Position numbers and translations under genes: made by a program. Shown here in pieces: positions 50,901 through 60,012 of a DNA stretch of 64,000 nucleotides. The DNA comes from a virus. The stretch's first letter is position 1, and the number at the start of each line of letters is the position of its first letter. The notes below the pieces were generated by a model. The model saw only the letters and a list, made by a program, of their open reading frames with translations. It was not told where the DNA came from and ran no database searches. The stretch spans positions 89,712-153,711 of the IMG/VR virus record IMGVR_UViG_3300031841_003468. One strand, given 5' to 3'.

Positions 50901-51297
50901 CGGAAAAAGACAGGGCGATAAAGATAATAATAATAAACTACAGTTTGACCCAGAAAACCCTGCTCTTGACAGAACTAGCTGGAAGACAGGCCCAGTTCAC
51001 TTAATGTGGGATGATGAAAGACGTGTTTGGGCTGGTGGACTACAAATTGTAGAAGGTATTCTAGATGAAGATCTTGAAGCACCTGATAATCCCGGAAACC
51101 CTACTGAAGCCACAATGAAACTTAGAAGAGGTCTAAAGAATCAGTGGGGTGACCTAGACGAAACAATTACATTGGTAAATAGAGATCCGTCATTGTCTGT
51201 AAGTCTTGACGATGCTGAGTTCGATCTTCTTTGCATTGCTATAAGAATTAACTACGAGTGGCGACCGCTATGGGTTAGTTGTACAGCTAGAGGTTAA
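47977..51297 (+). CDS. Putative baseplate hub / tail tip protein
   Basis: Hub-like N-terminus (FSGAYVTNMSINLGWG..SSCQMTLVED) and LTSMNISVGEGGVNTQYSF end-of-hub motif; start set at ATG 47977 (TAATG coupling, GGAG upstream). Confidence 0.55.
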   Translation: MAFEPRNDNSLWAPLENTEQQSPEIGDLSGNVQSLFSGPFTFSGAYVTNMSINLGWGGDTSSCQMTLVEDPDNGKVFDKPAVGTCMGINIGEAEFIGIFQRWTKNQSTSGTTYDVVLESPSKIMTGVSVILDGFQGTGYTGVNIAQPYNEPVFTTQMSNVWNPFAVRENYQYGGIFGGANTNSAGFPVLDLVNLLEEISKGQHSFGGPILFGESSFSLDLTELRPFAAIIPHYRVSGTVMTLHDIINDISQASVSNFMYSITGHIDPSTNIVELPSISVKMTDTSIQPDLNTIRGIVETEKTSGKLISADNGEELSDHVTQKMVIGAPASRWWQTSNVVPVWGRTSAGQWIGGDGFGMFDGASIIESDGSIRETDILEIRCAASGREAWNMYHAITKAWTGKSAVEAYSGMNTDVLQRLLDGLANSNDVEQTDLTEAERYRKAGVNNIKALHDKLFDAAKNVADNFWGKQYLVYLPAEPGGVSNNLKFVAEDIDFVSSWEIADSAWLDNANQYVNDISFFDSSGRLRAGVVYPFSNEVDYSSIGTGYTSAFGGIFTKEVQVENEIFWGDLPGFNSAVALTHFTAPAVFKYDKWSQMDGLAALIELITGREFDAAANNGNMFGLDNNQFYLAPMAVKPSSVGIPQESKRYSWGPWYAFNDTTGKTSVEVDTDLAPENFGTYSLLNEAGFSSVITATANNATVEAGSITLAELPRLSLADRFEDAGPYLTSMNISVGEGGVNTQYSFNTYTVEFGKIAKYNRDRISRIRKNTIEQLQKQRELIRKPALPKYEPHRLPSRTKANSDLKFAGFGAMAGFFGNMHLNAHKPRPHVIGQPAANAAVNSSKNYDQAHGQSMEQFITPITIHKELPDDDAAAALQNARQDEPPMFLAPTDEAGHNDGLFLEGHASPTSEELNKYFAFGGETDFCLVYRDDAASVTDINQRKGNPPQSEVRPMAQVGPLTLSGWGYDIADQPVPGKRQGDKDNNNKLQFDPENPALDRTSWKTGPVHLMWDDERRVWAGGLQIVEGILDEDLEAPDNPGNPTEATMKLRRGLKNQWGDLDETITLVNRDPSLSVSLDDAEFDLLCIAIRINYEWRPLWVSCTARG

Positions 51298-51308
51298 GGG
51301 GAAATATA

Positions 51309-54300
51309 ATGGGAAGACCGGGATGTTCAGGATGCTGTGAACACGAAGATCAGGGCTGTGAATTCACGCCCACTATAAAGTTCTGGCACAAGAATAGAGA
51401 CGACGATTTAGTTCAAGGCTACACCCCTGAAGAGTATAAGGGTGAGTTTGGAGATCAGGCTGTCGATAGACGTATGCTAGAGGTTGGCGATATTGTCAAA
51501 TGGCAGGAGCAGCCAAACGCACTTGTTGTAGATAACGAATGGGAAATAATGGATACCAATCTTCCCAATGAAAATAGCTATGACTTAAGAAATGTTCAAG
51601 ACCGTACCATCCGCAAAGTTAATATTGGTAGATGGTTTCTTCTTATGCTTCGTCCATTAAACCCAGATAGACCGGATACTAGATTTGAGCTTCCAGATTT
51701 TAAGGGCATCTCTGTAGAGTTTGAAAAACCACACAAGAAACTTCCACCAGAAATGTGGCATGATGGAACAATGAATAACTTTTACGGCGATGTCGAGCCT
51801 GAAGGTTATTATGTAAGTTTCATTGGTGACAATCAAGTTTGGCAGATTATAGATAATCGTGGCAGAAATGATTTGGGCCTTGTCGAGTTTGAGATACAAC
51901 TTGAGGGTGGAAATAGAAAAGAGATTGTAACAGAAAACGATATTGATTTTGCCTCCGAAGACTATGAAAAGTGGTATTGGAATATTAATACGGATGAAAA
52001 TGGTGATTTAATTGACCCAGTTCCTCATCCTAATGCACCAGCTCATCCCGAGGGCCTTAGAGTGCAGGATAGAGTTTCTGGTGTAAGAACAGGTTGTGCT
52101 GGCCCATTTTTTAACTTCGGTGATGAAAAGGGAGATGACACTAGTCATACAGAAAAAGCAGTCCCTAACGATATTCCTTTAAGTCACTTGGCAAAGCTAC
52201 CAGACCCTAAAGCACTACAAAACAGCAATGAAATTTTTGTTGCTGGTGGATGGTTAATGAGGGCTAGTTACTGGGGCGACTATGGTTTGGCGGGTTGGTC
52301 TGAGGGAAGTGATCGAACTGAAGTTTTCGACTTTATGCTACATGAGCCTGCCCCAACTATTGGGAATGGCGATAGTCGTGAAGAGGTATTAGCCGACATC
52401 CTTCGTGAAGATACCCAAAGCTACCCAAACCCTGTATATACTAGCTATCTTTACGATGGCGAATTTTCGGGTCTCAATTTTGACGCTCCAACTTCCCCGG
52501 TTTGGAATTCTTTTAATTACAATGCCCATCCTATACCTAATGAGGATTTTCTTTGGTATAGAAATGAACATTACGGTACTCAGTTTGTGGTAGAAGATAC
52601 ATATTACTCTAAGGTTGTAAATCAAGCTGTTTATTTCCCGCTTGATGAAAACAATAAAAGAATAGATAGTCGTATTAAGTGGCTGGAAGTAGTTCAAAAA
52701 GGGAATCCTTTTTTAAGTTTAGACTTAATGCCTTATAACTATTCTACGTATACGAATAATGGAAATATAAATAAACTGTTTGATAAGTTGAGAGATTTTG
52801 AAAATCTATTCACTCATGACATTGGTTATATTGCACCATACGGTTCTTATTGTATAAACAAAGATATAGTATACATGGATTATCACTCATATTATTCTGA
52901 CTGGACTCATGATTTTTATGCAACAAACAACGGTATTTATAGTAAGGACGCAACCGACTGGAAAGCCTATAAAGTGAAGGGCTCCTTAAATCCAGTAAGT
53001 TATACAGGAAAGAAAAACCTGCATGTAAAATCTGGAAAACTATACCTTGATGGAAATTCATATACTATAGATATACCTGATTTTAATGGAACTATAGAAG
53101 ATTGGGACTACCAAGATCAAATAAAAAGTATTTGTTATTTTTGGCCCTCAAGAGCAGCTAGTAAATATACCTTTGCTCCCGGATCTCCTTTTCCAGATCC
53201 TAAAGATGACAACTATAAATATTATAATCTTTATCAGGCAAATCCCGGCTATTTTGAAGGTAAATTTGCTTTAGGTGCAGAGGGTGCTGATCTTGATAGT
53301 GATTCATTAGGTATGAAACCAACTGTCGCAGGAACTGTATTTGCCGATGGATACATGATGAATCCTAGACAGCTAAATGACTATAGGGGTGCAGAAGATG
53401 ATGACCCGATTACAGCCTCGGATTGGCAGGATACTAAAAGAAGAGATATATATCTAGATCACAAAGAAGAAATTGCATTAAGCCCATATGAACTTGTTAG
53501 AAATGCAAAACCTCGTGACCATGATGTTTCTCATGGATCAATAAAGCTAAGAGAGTATTTTGACGATGCAGAAAAGACATCTGAATTTAAAAAACAGTTT
53601 TGGTGCCAATGGTCTTCGCATTCAGAAACAGATAACAGACAAATTATTAAGGTTAGTACTGTCGATACACATGAAAAGGGTGAGGCCATTCATGGAGAAC
53701 TATGGTCTTGGACTTACTTCATTAAGGTATTCAATGCTCTTGATTCAGCGACAGGCTATAGTGCCAGCTCACAAAAAAGGAAAGAATTTAAAAAATGGTA
53801 TTTGTCTGGAGGTGGTAGAGGAGAGCAGATTACAGGAATTAATATAGGTGGAGATAAATACTGGGAAAATGTTACCGGCGAAGGCGGCAATGTAAAACCA
53901 GATAACTACGCACCAAAGGATGAATTAGAAGTAGGAGATTTCTTCTTTTCTAAGTTTGATTTTAAGCAAGACGATGAACACGACATAGAAGAATGGCTTG
54001 TTCCATTAAATCACCCGAAAGATTATAGGCAAGGACTAATTGACTTTGGTTTAAATGCTGTAGAACAGTACTTGTGGAAAATAACCGAAATAGTAGAGGG
54101 TGTTGGATATAGGGCTACGCCCGTAATTGGCGGTGGAAACCCCAAAGTATTTGCTCGCAGCCAAATGATTATAAGTGTGAATCAAGACAATAGATCACTG
54201 GCTTGTCTGTCTGCTATAAAAGAACTAGATAACGTCGGCTCAATAGATATTAATAAAATTACTATTGATGGAAAAATAGCTTGGGAAGTTAAGGGGGATC

Positions 54301-54683
54301 ATTTACAAATTCACTGGCCTCATCTAAAAATTAAAAACATTAGATTGATTGAAAAATTGGCTAAGCAGTCGGCTAAGATTGAGGATGCTAACTTTGAACC
54401 TTATGGGGATTTACTCAGCATGCGTGACCCTCACGATAGCTACTTGGACTTTTCATCAGGCGGTAGAATTAATAATGATCCTGAACAGTTGGCAAATATC
54501 CAAGCAAGAATAGCTCATCCTTTTGAGCAGCACTATTCATATACGAGTGGCAAGGACACTCCTATTAGTGCCTTTGCATTTCTAGTAAAAGGTACTGCTT
54601 TATTAAAGTCTCCTTTTTACGCAATATCAGGAAATGTAAAAATTATATATGACCTAGATACAATAGAAGAAGTAAGGGAATAA
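51309..54683 (+). CDS. Large hypothetical tail-tip-region protein with Cys-rich N-terminus
   Basis: 1124-aa ORF starting MGRPGCSGCC; aromatic/acidic-rich; no family recognised. Confidence 0.6.
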   Translation: MGRPGCSGCCEHEDQGCEFTPTIKFWHKNRDDDLVQGYTPEEYKGEFGDQAVDRRMLEVGDIVKWQEQPNALVVDNEWEIMDTNLPNENSYDLRNVQDRTIRKVNIGRWFLLMLRPLNPDRPDTRFELPDFKGISVEFEKPHKKLPPEMWHDGTMNNFYGDVEPEGYYVSFIGDNQVWQIIDNRGRNDLGLVEFEIQLEGGNRKEIVTENDIDFASEDYEKWYWNINTDENGDLIDPVPHPNAPAHPEGLRVQDRVSGVRTGCAGPFFNFGDEKGDDTSHTEKAVPNDIPLSHLAKLPDPKALQNSNEIFVAGGWLMRASYWGDYGLAGWSEGSDRTEVFDFMLHEPAPTIGNGDSREEVLADILREDTQSYPNPVYTSYLYDGEFSGLNFDAPTSPVWNSFNYNAHPIPNEDFLWYRNEHYGTQFVVEDTYYSKVVNQAVYFPLDENNKRIDSRIKWLEVVQKGNPFLSLDLMPYNYSTYTNNGNINKLFDKLRDFENLFTHDIGYIAPYGSYCINKDIVYMDYHSYYSDWTHDFYATNNGIYSKDATDWKAYKVKGSLNPVSYTGKKNLHVKSGKLYLDGNSYTIDIPDFNGTIEDWDYQDQIKSICYFWPSRAASKYTFAPGSPFPDPKDDNYKYYNLYQANPGYFEGKFALGAEGADLDSDSLGMKPTVAGTVFADGYMMNPRQLNDYRGAEDDDPITASDWQDTKRRDIYLDHKEEIALSPYELVRNAKPRDHDVSHGSIKLREYFDDAEKTSEFKKQFWCQWSSHSETDNRQIIKVSTVDTHEKGEAIHGELWSWTYFIKVFNALDSATGYSASSQKRKEFKKWYLSGGGRGEQITGINIGGDKYWENVTGEGGNVKPDNYAPKDELEVGDFFFSKFDFKQDDEHDIEEWLVPLNHPKDYRQGLIDFGLNAVEQYLWKITEIVEGVGYRATPVIGGGNPKVFARSQMIISVNQDNRSLACLSAIKELDNVGSIDINKITIDGKIAWEVKGDHLQIHWPHLKIKNIRLIEKLAKQSAKIEDANFEPYGDLLSMRDPHDSYLDFSSGGRINNDPEQLANIQARIAHPFEQHYSYTSGKDTPISAFAFLVKGTALLKSPFYAISGNVKIIYDLDTIEEVRE

Positions 54684-54685
54684 TA

Positions 54686-57600
54686 ATGGCTAAAGAAATA
54701 ATTAAAACAATTAAAGTCACTAAGGAACAAAATTTTTCCTCGGATTGGCTAGATGACAATTATTTGGTTGGGGTAGTGCATCAGGAATGTGCGGTATGCT
54801 CTCAGCATGTTGATGGCTTTGAACCTTTATACAACGCTCATTCACCATTGTCACCAACCCATAACTCCAACCTTCTTTCGAGGTATAATCAAAGAGTTGT
54901 TGGATGGGATTATTTTTATCAGGCAACAAATTATTTTACTGTTGTAGGTGGTCAGTTTGGACAATATAAATCACTTCAGGGCCCATATCAATGGCACTAT
55001 AAAGAAAAGATGTCAACACCACCGGACTTCATAGGCGATCCACCCAATGTTTTTGAGATGGATTGTATTGTTGATATCGACACCACCGTAGCTCAAGGTG
55101 AGTGGCCCACAACGGATGGCAAAACTTTTGCATCCCCGCATCCAACTGGTAACAGTCAAGATTTGTCTCAAGTGTATGGAATATATGTCAGAACTGAACA
55201 ATTAGACACTTACTGGTTCGCTACAGATTTTCCTATTAAAAAGTTTAACATTGAACACGCCTATTCTGTGCGTGGAAAAAGCCGAATAGTAGATGAAAAT
55301 ACAGCTCGGGGACAACATAGAAGTGTATATCTTGGGGCCAACTATTATCCAACAGCTATTTATATGGGCGAGGTTTTTGATGTTCACGATATGTTGGTTA
55401 GTATCAATGCTGAAACATTGTTCGACGAAGAGGTTATGCAGGCCAGTATTTCCCAGTATCCACACAGATATAATGCTGTACATGAGCTCAATGAAGATAA
55501 AAGCTTTACTTTTGACAAAGATGACAAACAAGACCTAACTGACATAAGTCGTGGTGCTTGGGCACATCAGTACTATGCTACTAGAAAAGGATTTTTCAAA
55601 ATACAGAAAAATGGTAGACATGTTTATCCGCTTGTTGTTGGAGTTGAATCTGTTAATAGAATAAACAGGGTTGCAAAAAAATTGGAGTGGAAGGAATGGA
55701 TGAGATGGATGGCTGCACACGAACGAGTAACTGAAGAAATCCAGCTAGATCCTCCTCATGGTGAAGGACAGCTTCTACCCCCGGACGTTGACAATGAAGA
55801 TAAAATAGACTGCTACGACCTTTATTATTCTGCAAGTGGGTCACAAGATTGTAGGATTAAAAGCTTAAGGCATTATCCGAATGGCATGACAGAGGGTGAA
55901 ATTGCAGAAAATGTTAGGCTTACAACTTTTGACACTTTTTTAAATTGGGTACTCGAAGGTATCAACAAGAATATTGAACTAGGAAGGGATACACAGGAGT
56001 CAATAACCAGTTACAATGAAGCAGTTGCAAAACTCGATGAAGAACGTGGTACTTTTTTTAATCCTGCGACTTGCCCAAATGAACTTTACATTTTAAGTAA
56101 CGGAGTTTTAAGCCCCGGTATATCTAACCATATTTTTGCTAGGAATAGTCCTCTTGATTTGGATACAATGTCGTGGTTCTTAAGAGAATACTACGGCGAA
56201 GAAAAATGGAATCAATTTTCGTACATTTGGCGTAACTTACATGCCTTAGTGCCAGATTCGTACTCTTTTTCTAATTTCGAGAAAAAGGTGGGTATTCCAG
56301 AAATAATTGATAGTGGTAGTGAAATCGTACTTGATCCTGACGGAAACCCTGTAAATCGTGAAACCCCAGTTTCATCATCTGGTTTATATAGACTATTTTC
56401 TTTTAGTGCAGCATGTGCGGTTTGCCCATGTAGCGGTTTGCCGATACCTCTGTTTTTCAATGGCATAAGGGATGTGGTGAATACAGTTGGGATGGATCTA
56501 GAAAGAAACAGAAGGAGCGATGTTGGACTATCACCGGAAAATGCACACGACTGCAACCCGAGAAAAGATATGTCTGCTCATGAGCTTAATAGCATTGCAC
56601 AATCTGTTGAAAAAGACGATGTATTTAGGTCATTAACCCCGAAGATGTCTGAGTTATTTGTCATGCCAAAGAATTATAATCTCAATGACATACAGTTCAT
56701 AGAGGGTAATAGTTCTGGTCAAATGGGAGATAATAACGGGTGGGCTGGGCCTTCATTAAATGGAGTGGTTACAGATAACAATGGAAACCCTATGCGGATT
56801 ATTTGGCCGTGTGCACCTAGTCCCAGAACTCACAGCGGCGAACAAACAGTGTCTTCCGCACGACAAACTAATAATATATATAATAATGATTACTCAGCCA
56901 GAATAGATAAGTTCAGAAGAGAGTTTAATCCTTTTACAGGTAAGCTTGAAGATCGTGCTGAAAATATAGTTTTACAGGGCGAAAAAATAGTTCTTGGGTT
57001 AGGGGGTGTATTTCCACATAATTCAGACATTAGAACAGATAGCAATAATTTTTCAGAGTCATGTGAAGGGGTTGTTCAGGTTAACTTTTATGGAGGAAGT
57101 CCTGTAACACAAAGCTGGAAGGTAAACACCACTATTCTTGGCATCAGTCCTTACGGCAAACCAGCCGGATGGATGTTAGATGGCAATGATAACATTACGT
57201 TTGATACAATACCTAGAGAAAACGATGATCCGGCATATGACCAATTCTCATTAACTGCTAATTCATGGGACATGGGTAAAGATGTTGCTATAAATCTTGA
57301 TGTATTCCATAGTATTGAAGCATTCAATCATTATCCTAGAATACTTGATATCAATAATATTAACCCGTTTAGGATATCTTCGGAGGATCTTAATGAAGCA
57401 TTTGCTGCATATCTTTCTCAAAAATACAAATATCGTTTTATAGATGAAAGACTGATTTTTACTGGCAAAGCCTATCTTTACAATAATAATCAAAGTACAC
57501 ATAAATCTTACGAGAAAATAGAGCAAGGAAAGGATTTCCATCAAATACCGTGTCTAGTATCTGGATATACGCCCAATAATACTTATCTTCCTTATTCTTA

Positions 57601-58378
57601 CGGTGAATTTATACACTATAGAAATTTAATTAATCCTAATCTTTACTTTTCAGTGGAAAACAAGGTAGATCAGACTTGGTTTGAAAAAGGAGATCCAGAT
57701 GGATTCGGCAACATTGCTATTACTCAAAAATATTCATATTTTGGGCACACTTGCCGTTACGAATGGTATTCGTTATTGCCAGACGCTGGTATATATAAGG
57801 GCCCATTTGGAGACCTAGATCAGGTATTTTATTCGTGGCCAAAAATAGCCATGTCTAACAGTACAGACGATAGCTATAATATTTTTCTTCCTGTAGATAG
57901 ACCTTGGCAGGTTACATTTAATCATAGCAATTTTGATGGAAGGGTTTTACCATCGACAGGATTTCATGACGATAGTGTCACTACCTCACATGTAAATTTA
58001 GTAGGCCGTGTGCAGTTGCCTTATTACAACCATAATGTATACGGTGTTTTACCACAAATAATAAAAGATCAAGACTTTTGCAATGGCTCAAATCATGCAT
58101 CTGTAACTGCCGATATATTTGAGTCATATTCAAGACAGGGAGACATAATAGAGTATGATTCGCATAATCCACGAACAGTAATTATACAAAATGCAGATAC
58201 AAATTTATTGTCTAAGAGTCCATTAGAAATAGGTAGAAGGGTTAGTGGTAGTTCTGATGACAGTAACGAAATAGGTAGCGATGACTGGACATGGTATCCT
58301 ACTCAAAAAGGTTTTGGTGGCATTATTGCCCCAATGAGTCGCCATGGAGGAGTCCTTGTTGAAAACCCCTTCATGTAA
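54686..58378 (+). CDS. Large hypothetical tail-tip-region protein
   Basis: 1230-aa ORF with ECAVC and ACAVCPC motifs; no family recognised. Confidence 0.6.
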   Translation: MAKEIIKTIKVTKEQNFSSDWLDDNYLVGVVHQECAVCSQHVDGFEPLYNAHSPLSPTHNSNLLSRYNQRVVGWDYFYQATNYFTVVGGQFGQYKSLQGPYQWHYKEKMSTPPDFIGDPPNVFEMDCIVDIDTTVAQGEWPTTDGKTFASPHPTGNSQDLSQVYGIYVRTEQLDTYWFATDFPIKKFNIEHAYSVRGKSRIVDENTARGQHRSVYLGANYYPTAIYMGEVFDVHDMLVSINAETLFDEEVMQASISQYPHRYNAVHELNEDKSFTFDKDDKQDLTDISRGAWAHQYYATRKGFFKIQKNGRHVYPLVVGVESVNRINRVAKKLEWKEWMRWMAAHERVTEEIQLDPPHGEGQLLPPDVDNEDKIDCYDLYYSASGSQDCRIKSLRHYPNGMTEGEIAENVRLTTFDTFLNWVLEGINKNIELGRDTQESITSYNEAVAKLDEERGTFFNPATCPNELYILSNGVLSPGISNHIFARNSPLDLDTMSWFLREYYGEEKWNQFSYIWRNLHALVPDSYSFSNFEKKVGIPEIIDSGSEIVLDPDGNPVNRETPVSSSGLYRLFSFSAACAVCPCSGLPIPLFFNGIRDVVNTVGMDLERNRRSDVGLSPENAHDCNPRKDMSAHELNSIAQSVEKDDVFRSLTPKMSELFVMPKNYNLNDIQFIEGNSSGQMGDNNGWAGPSLNGVVTDNNGNPMRIIWPCAPSPRTHSGEQTVSSARQTNNIYNNDYSARIDKFRREFNPFTGKLEDRAENIVLQGEKIVLGLGGVFPHNSDIRTDSNNFSESCEGVVQVNFYGGSPVTQSWKVNTTILGISPYGKPAGWMLDGNDNITFDTIPRENDDPAYDQFSLTANSWDMGKDVAINLDVFHSIEAFNHYPRILDINNINPFRISSEDLNEAFAAYLSQKYKYRFIDERLIFTGKAYLYNNNQSTHKSYEKIEQGKDFHQIPCLVSGYTPNNTYLPYSYGEFIHYRNLINPNLYFSVENKVDQTWFEKGDPDGFGNIAITQKYSYFGHTCRYEWYSLLPDAGIYKGPFGDLDQVFYSWPKIAMSNSTDDSYNIFLPVDRPWQVTFNHSNFDGRVLPSTGFHDDSVTTSHVNLVGRVQLPYYNHNVYGVLPQIIKDQDFCNGSNHASVTADIFESYSRQGDIIEYDSHNPRTVIIQNADTNLLSKSPLEIGRRVSGSSDDSNEIGSDDWTWYPTQKGFGGIIAPMSRHGGVLVENPFM

Positions 58379-58420
58379 ATTTGACTGGGCAGATTTAGCT
58401 AATAACAATGGGAGAAAAAT

Positions 58421-58876
58421 ATGAAAATAATTTGTGAATGTGGACATATACAGGTTGCAGTGGCCGACAAGCGACCCTACGATCAATGTGGTAAGTGTGG
58501 TCTTTTAATTAGCAAATCAAATATATTTCTAGATGACTCTGAAATCCAGAATAATACTATTTCTAAATCCGAGCCCAAAAGAGCTAATATATTTACTAAG
58601 GCTAAAAACTTCGCTAAGGCTGTGGTAAAACATACATATAATGGCTTTGGTGAGACCACCCCTGAGGTGCAGCAGACTAGGCTATCCATTTGTAATTCCT
58701 GTCCCCTGCTAATTACTAACCTTCCAATGCCGGAATGTGGTAGCTGTGGTTGCCCTGTTGAACAAAAGGTAAAATGGCCTTTAGAACAGTGTCCAGAGGG
58801 TAAATGGGGTGCAGAATCTACAAATAAAGCAAAACGCAGTACTGGCTGTAGCTCTTGTCAAAAAGGCAAAAAATAA
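58421..58876 (+). CDS. Cys-rich metal-binding protein (DUF6171-like)
   Basis: CECG...CGKC N-terminal ribbon, RLSICNSCP...CGSCGC...CPEGKW motif, terminal GCSSC. Confidence 0.65.
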   Translation: MKIICECGHIQVAVADKRPYDQCGKCGLLISKSNIFLDDSEIQNNTISKSEPKRANIFTKAKNFAKAVVKHTYNGFGETTPEVQQTRLSICNSCPLLITNLPMPECGSCGCPVEQKVKWPLEQCPEGKWGAESTNKAKRSTGCSSCQKGKK

Positions 58877-58893
58877 GCTACACATTGCCAATA

Positions 58894-58910
58894 TTGTGTA
58901 TTTTATATTA
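58894..58910 (+). promoter_or_regulatory. Putative late promoter (TTGTGTAW motif)
   Basis: TTGTGTATTTTATATTA in the gap before 58961. Confidence 0.7.
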
Positions 58911-58960
58911 CGTATACGTATCGACTTTTTAAACATGTTTAATTTTAGGAGTTTTCTAAA

Positions 58961-59911
58961 ATGGCTGAAATCGTATTTTCAACAAAAGACGATGACAATA
59001 TTGCTGGTTCCGGCTTAGGCTTTTATGGAACTACTTTTGGTTCATCTGTCCAAATTGGTGAATACCAAGACACAACTTTCATTGTGAACGATGACGGTAG
59101 CCAGAATAAGGCTGCTGCAGCAAATATTAAATTCTTGAACTTTGAATCTGGCAATGTAGAATCTGGTAACCAAGACGGTTACTTAGGTCGTATCAACTCT
59201 AGTGAAGCTACACTAAAGATTGACTTCCTACATGGTACTCCAGTCAACGTTCAGAACGTTCAATTAAGAATTTATGACAGAGTTAGTATCAATAATCCAG
59301 CTTCTGGTGTTCTAACTAAAGTAGCAGAACTTGTTAACTTTGACAATGACGGTCAGGGTTCAAATGCTTCTACTGGTTGGACTACTTGGAGCGGTGCTCC
59401 CGGCGACGAAGTTGCTGGCGTATCTGGTTCAGGTGACCTTTTCTGGTGGGGTGCTCCTTGGCCTGCAGCTCAGTGTAATCTAAGCTGGCACGGTGGAAGT
59501 AGCAACTATGCTTACAAAAACTCATCTGGTGTTAAGTTTTACAACTTCACTGATGCTGAAGTAGGTAATGGTGACGCTCGCCTAACTGGTCTTACTGGTG
59601 CTCAGGAAACTGTTGGTGGTACTGGTATTATCGTACCTCTACTAAACAGTCCGGGTTCTGGTGGTAAGAACCTTCACATGCAGTACGCACTGTCTGCTGG
59701 TGGCGAACTAAAGCCTAAGTACATGCAGTACTACAAGCACACTGATACTCCGGGTGGATCTCCAAACATTGGTGCAAACCAAATTGAGAACACTTACGGT
59801 GGTACTGGTGTTGATACTCGTCACACTTGGCACGTTGCACTAAGTGCATCACCAATTAGTATCGGTTCTAAGACTGATTACGGTCTATATGTATCACTAG
59901 AATACCTATAA
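58961..59911 (+). CDS. Probable abundant virion structural protein of unknown family
   Basis: Own late-promoter motif, AGGAG RBS, capsid-like codon bias, Gly-rich beta composition, downstream terminator. Confidence 0.55.
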   Translation: MAEIVFSTKDDDNIAGSGLGFYGTTFGSSVQIGEYQDTTFIVNDDGSQNKAAAANIKFLNFESGNVESGNQDGYLGRINSSEATLKIDFLHGTPVNVQNVQLRIYDRVSINNPASGVLTKVAELVNFDNDGQGSNASTGWTTWSGAPGDEVAGVSGSGDLFWWGAPWPAAQCNLSWHGGSSNYAYKNSSGVKFYNFTDAEVGNGDARLTGLTGAQETVGGTGIIVPLLNSPGSGGKNLHMQYALSAGGELKPKYMQYYKHTDTPGGSPNIGANQIENTYGGTGVDTRHTWHVALSASPISIGSKTDYGLYVSLEYL

Positions 59912-59928
59912 TGGTAACGAGTGAGACA

Positions 59929-59957
59929 TTGACTGTTTTACTATAAAAAGATATAAG
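59929..59957 (+). promoter_or_regulatory. Putative sigma70-type promoter for the DUF1501 gene
   Basis: TTGACT-17 nt-TATAAG. Confidence 0.6.
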
Positions 59958-59994
59958 GGGTTTGTGGGTTTTAATACCTATGAGCCCCTTTTTT
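59955..59994 (+). terminator. Rho-independent terminator ending the late structural region
   Basis: 15-bp stem AAGGGGTTTGTGGGT / ACCTATGAGCCCCTT with four G.U pairs, then a T run. Confidence 0.8.
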
Positions 59995-60012
59995 ATTACA
60001 TGGAGACAAGGG

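Noticed and set aside
25932-51297. Contractile tail or extracellular contractile injection system
   Set aside because: No sheath or baseplate wedge-like gene was recognised, and full head-packaging genes are present.
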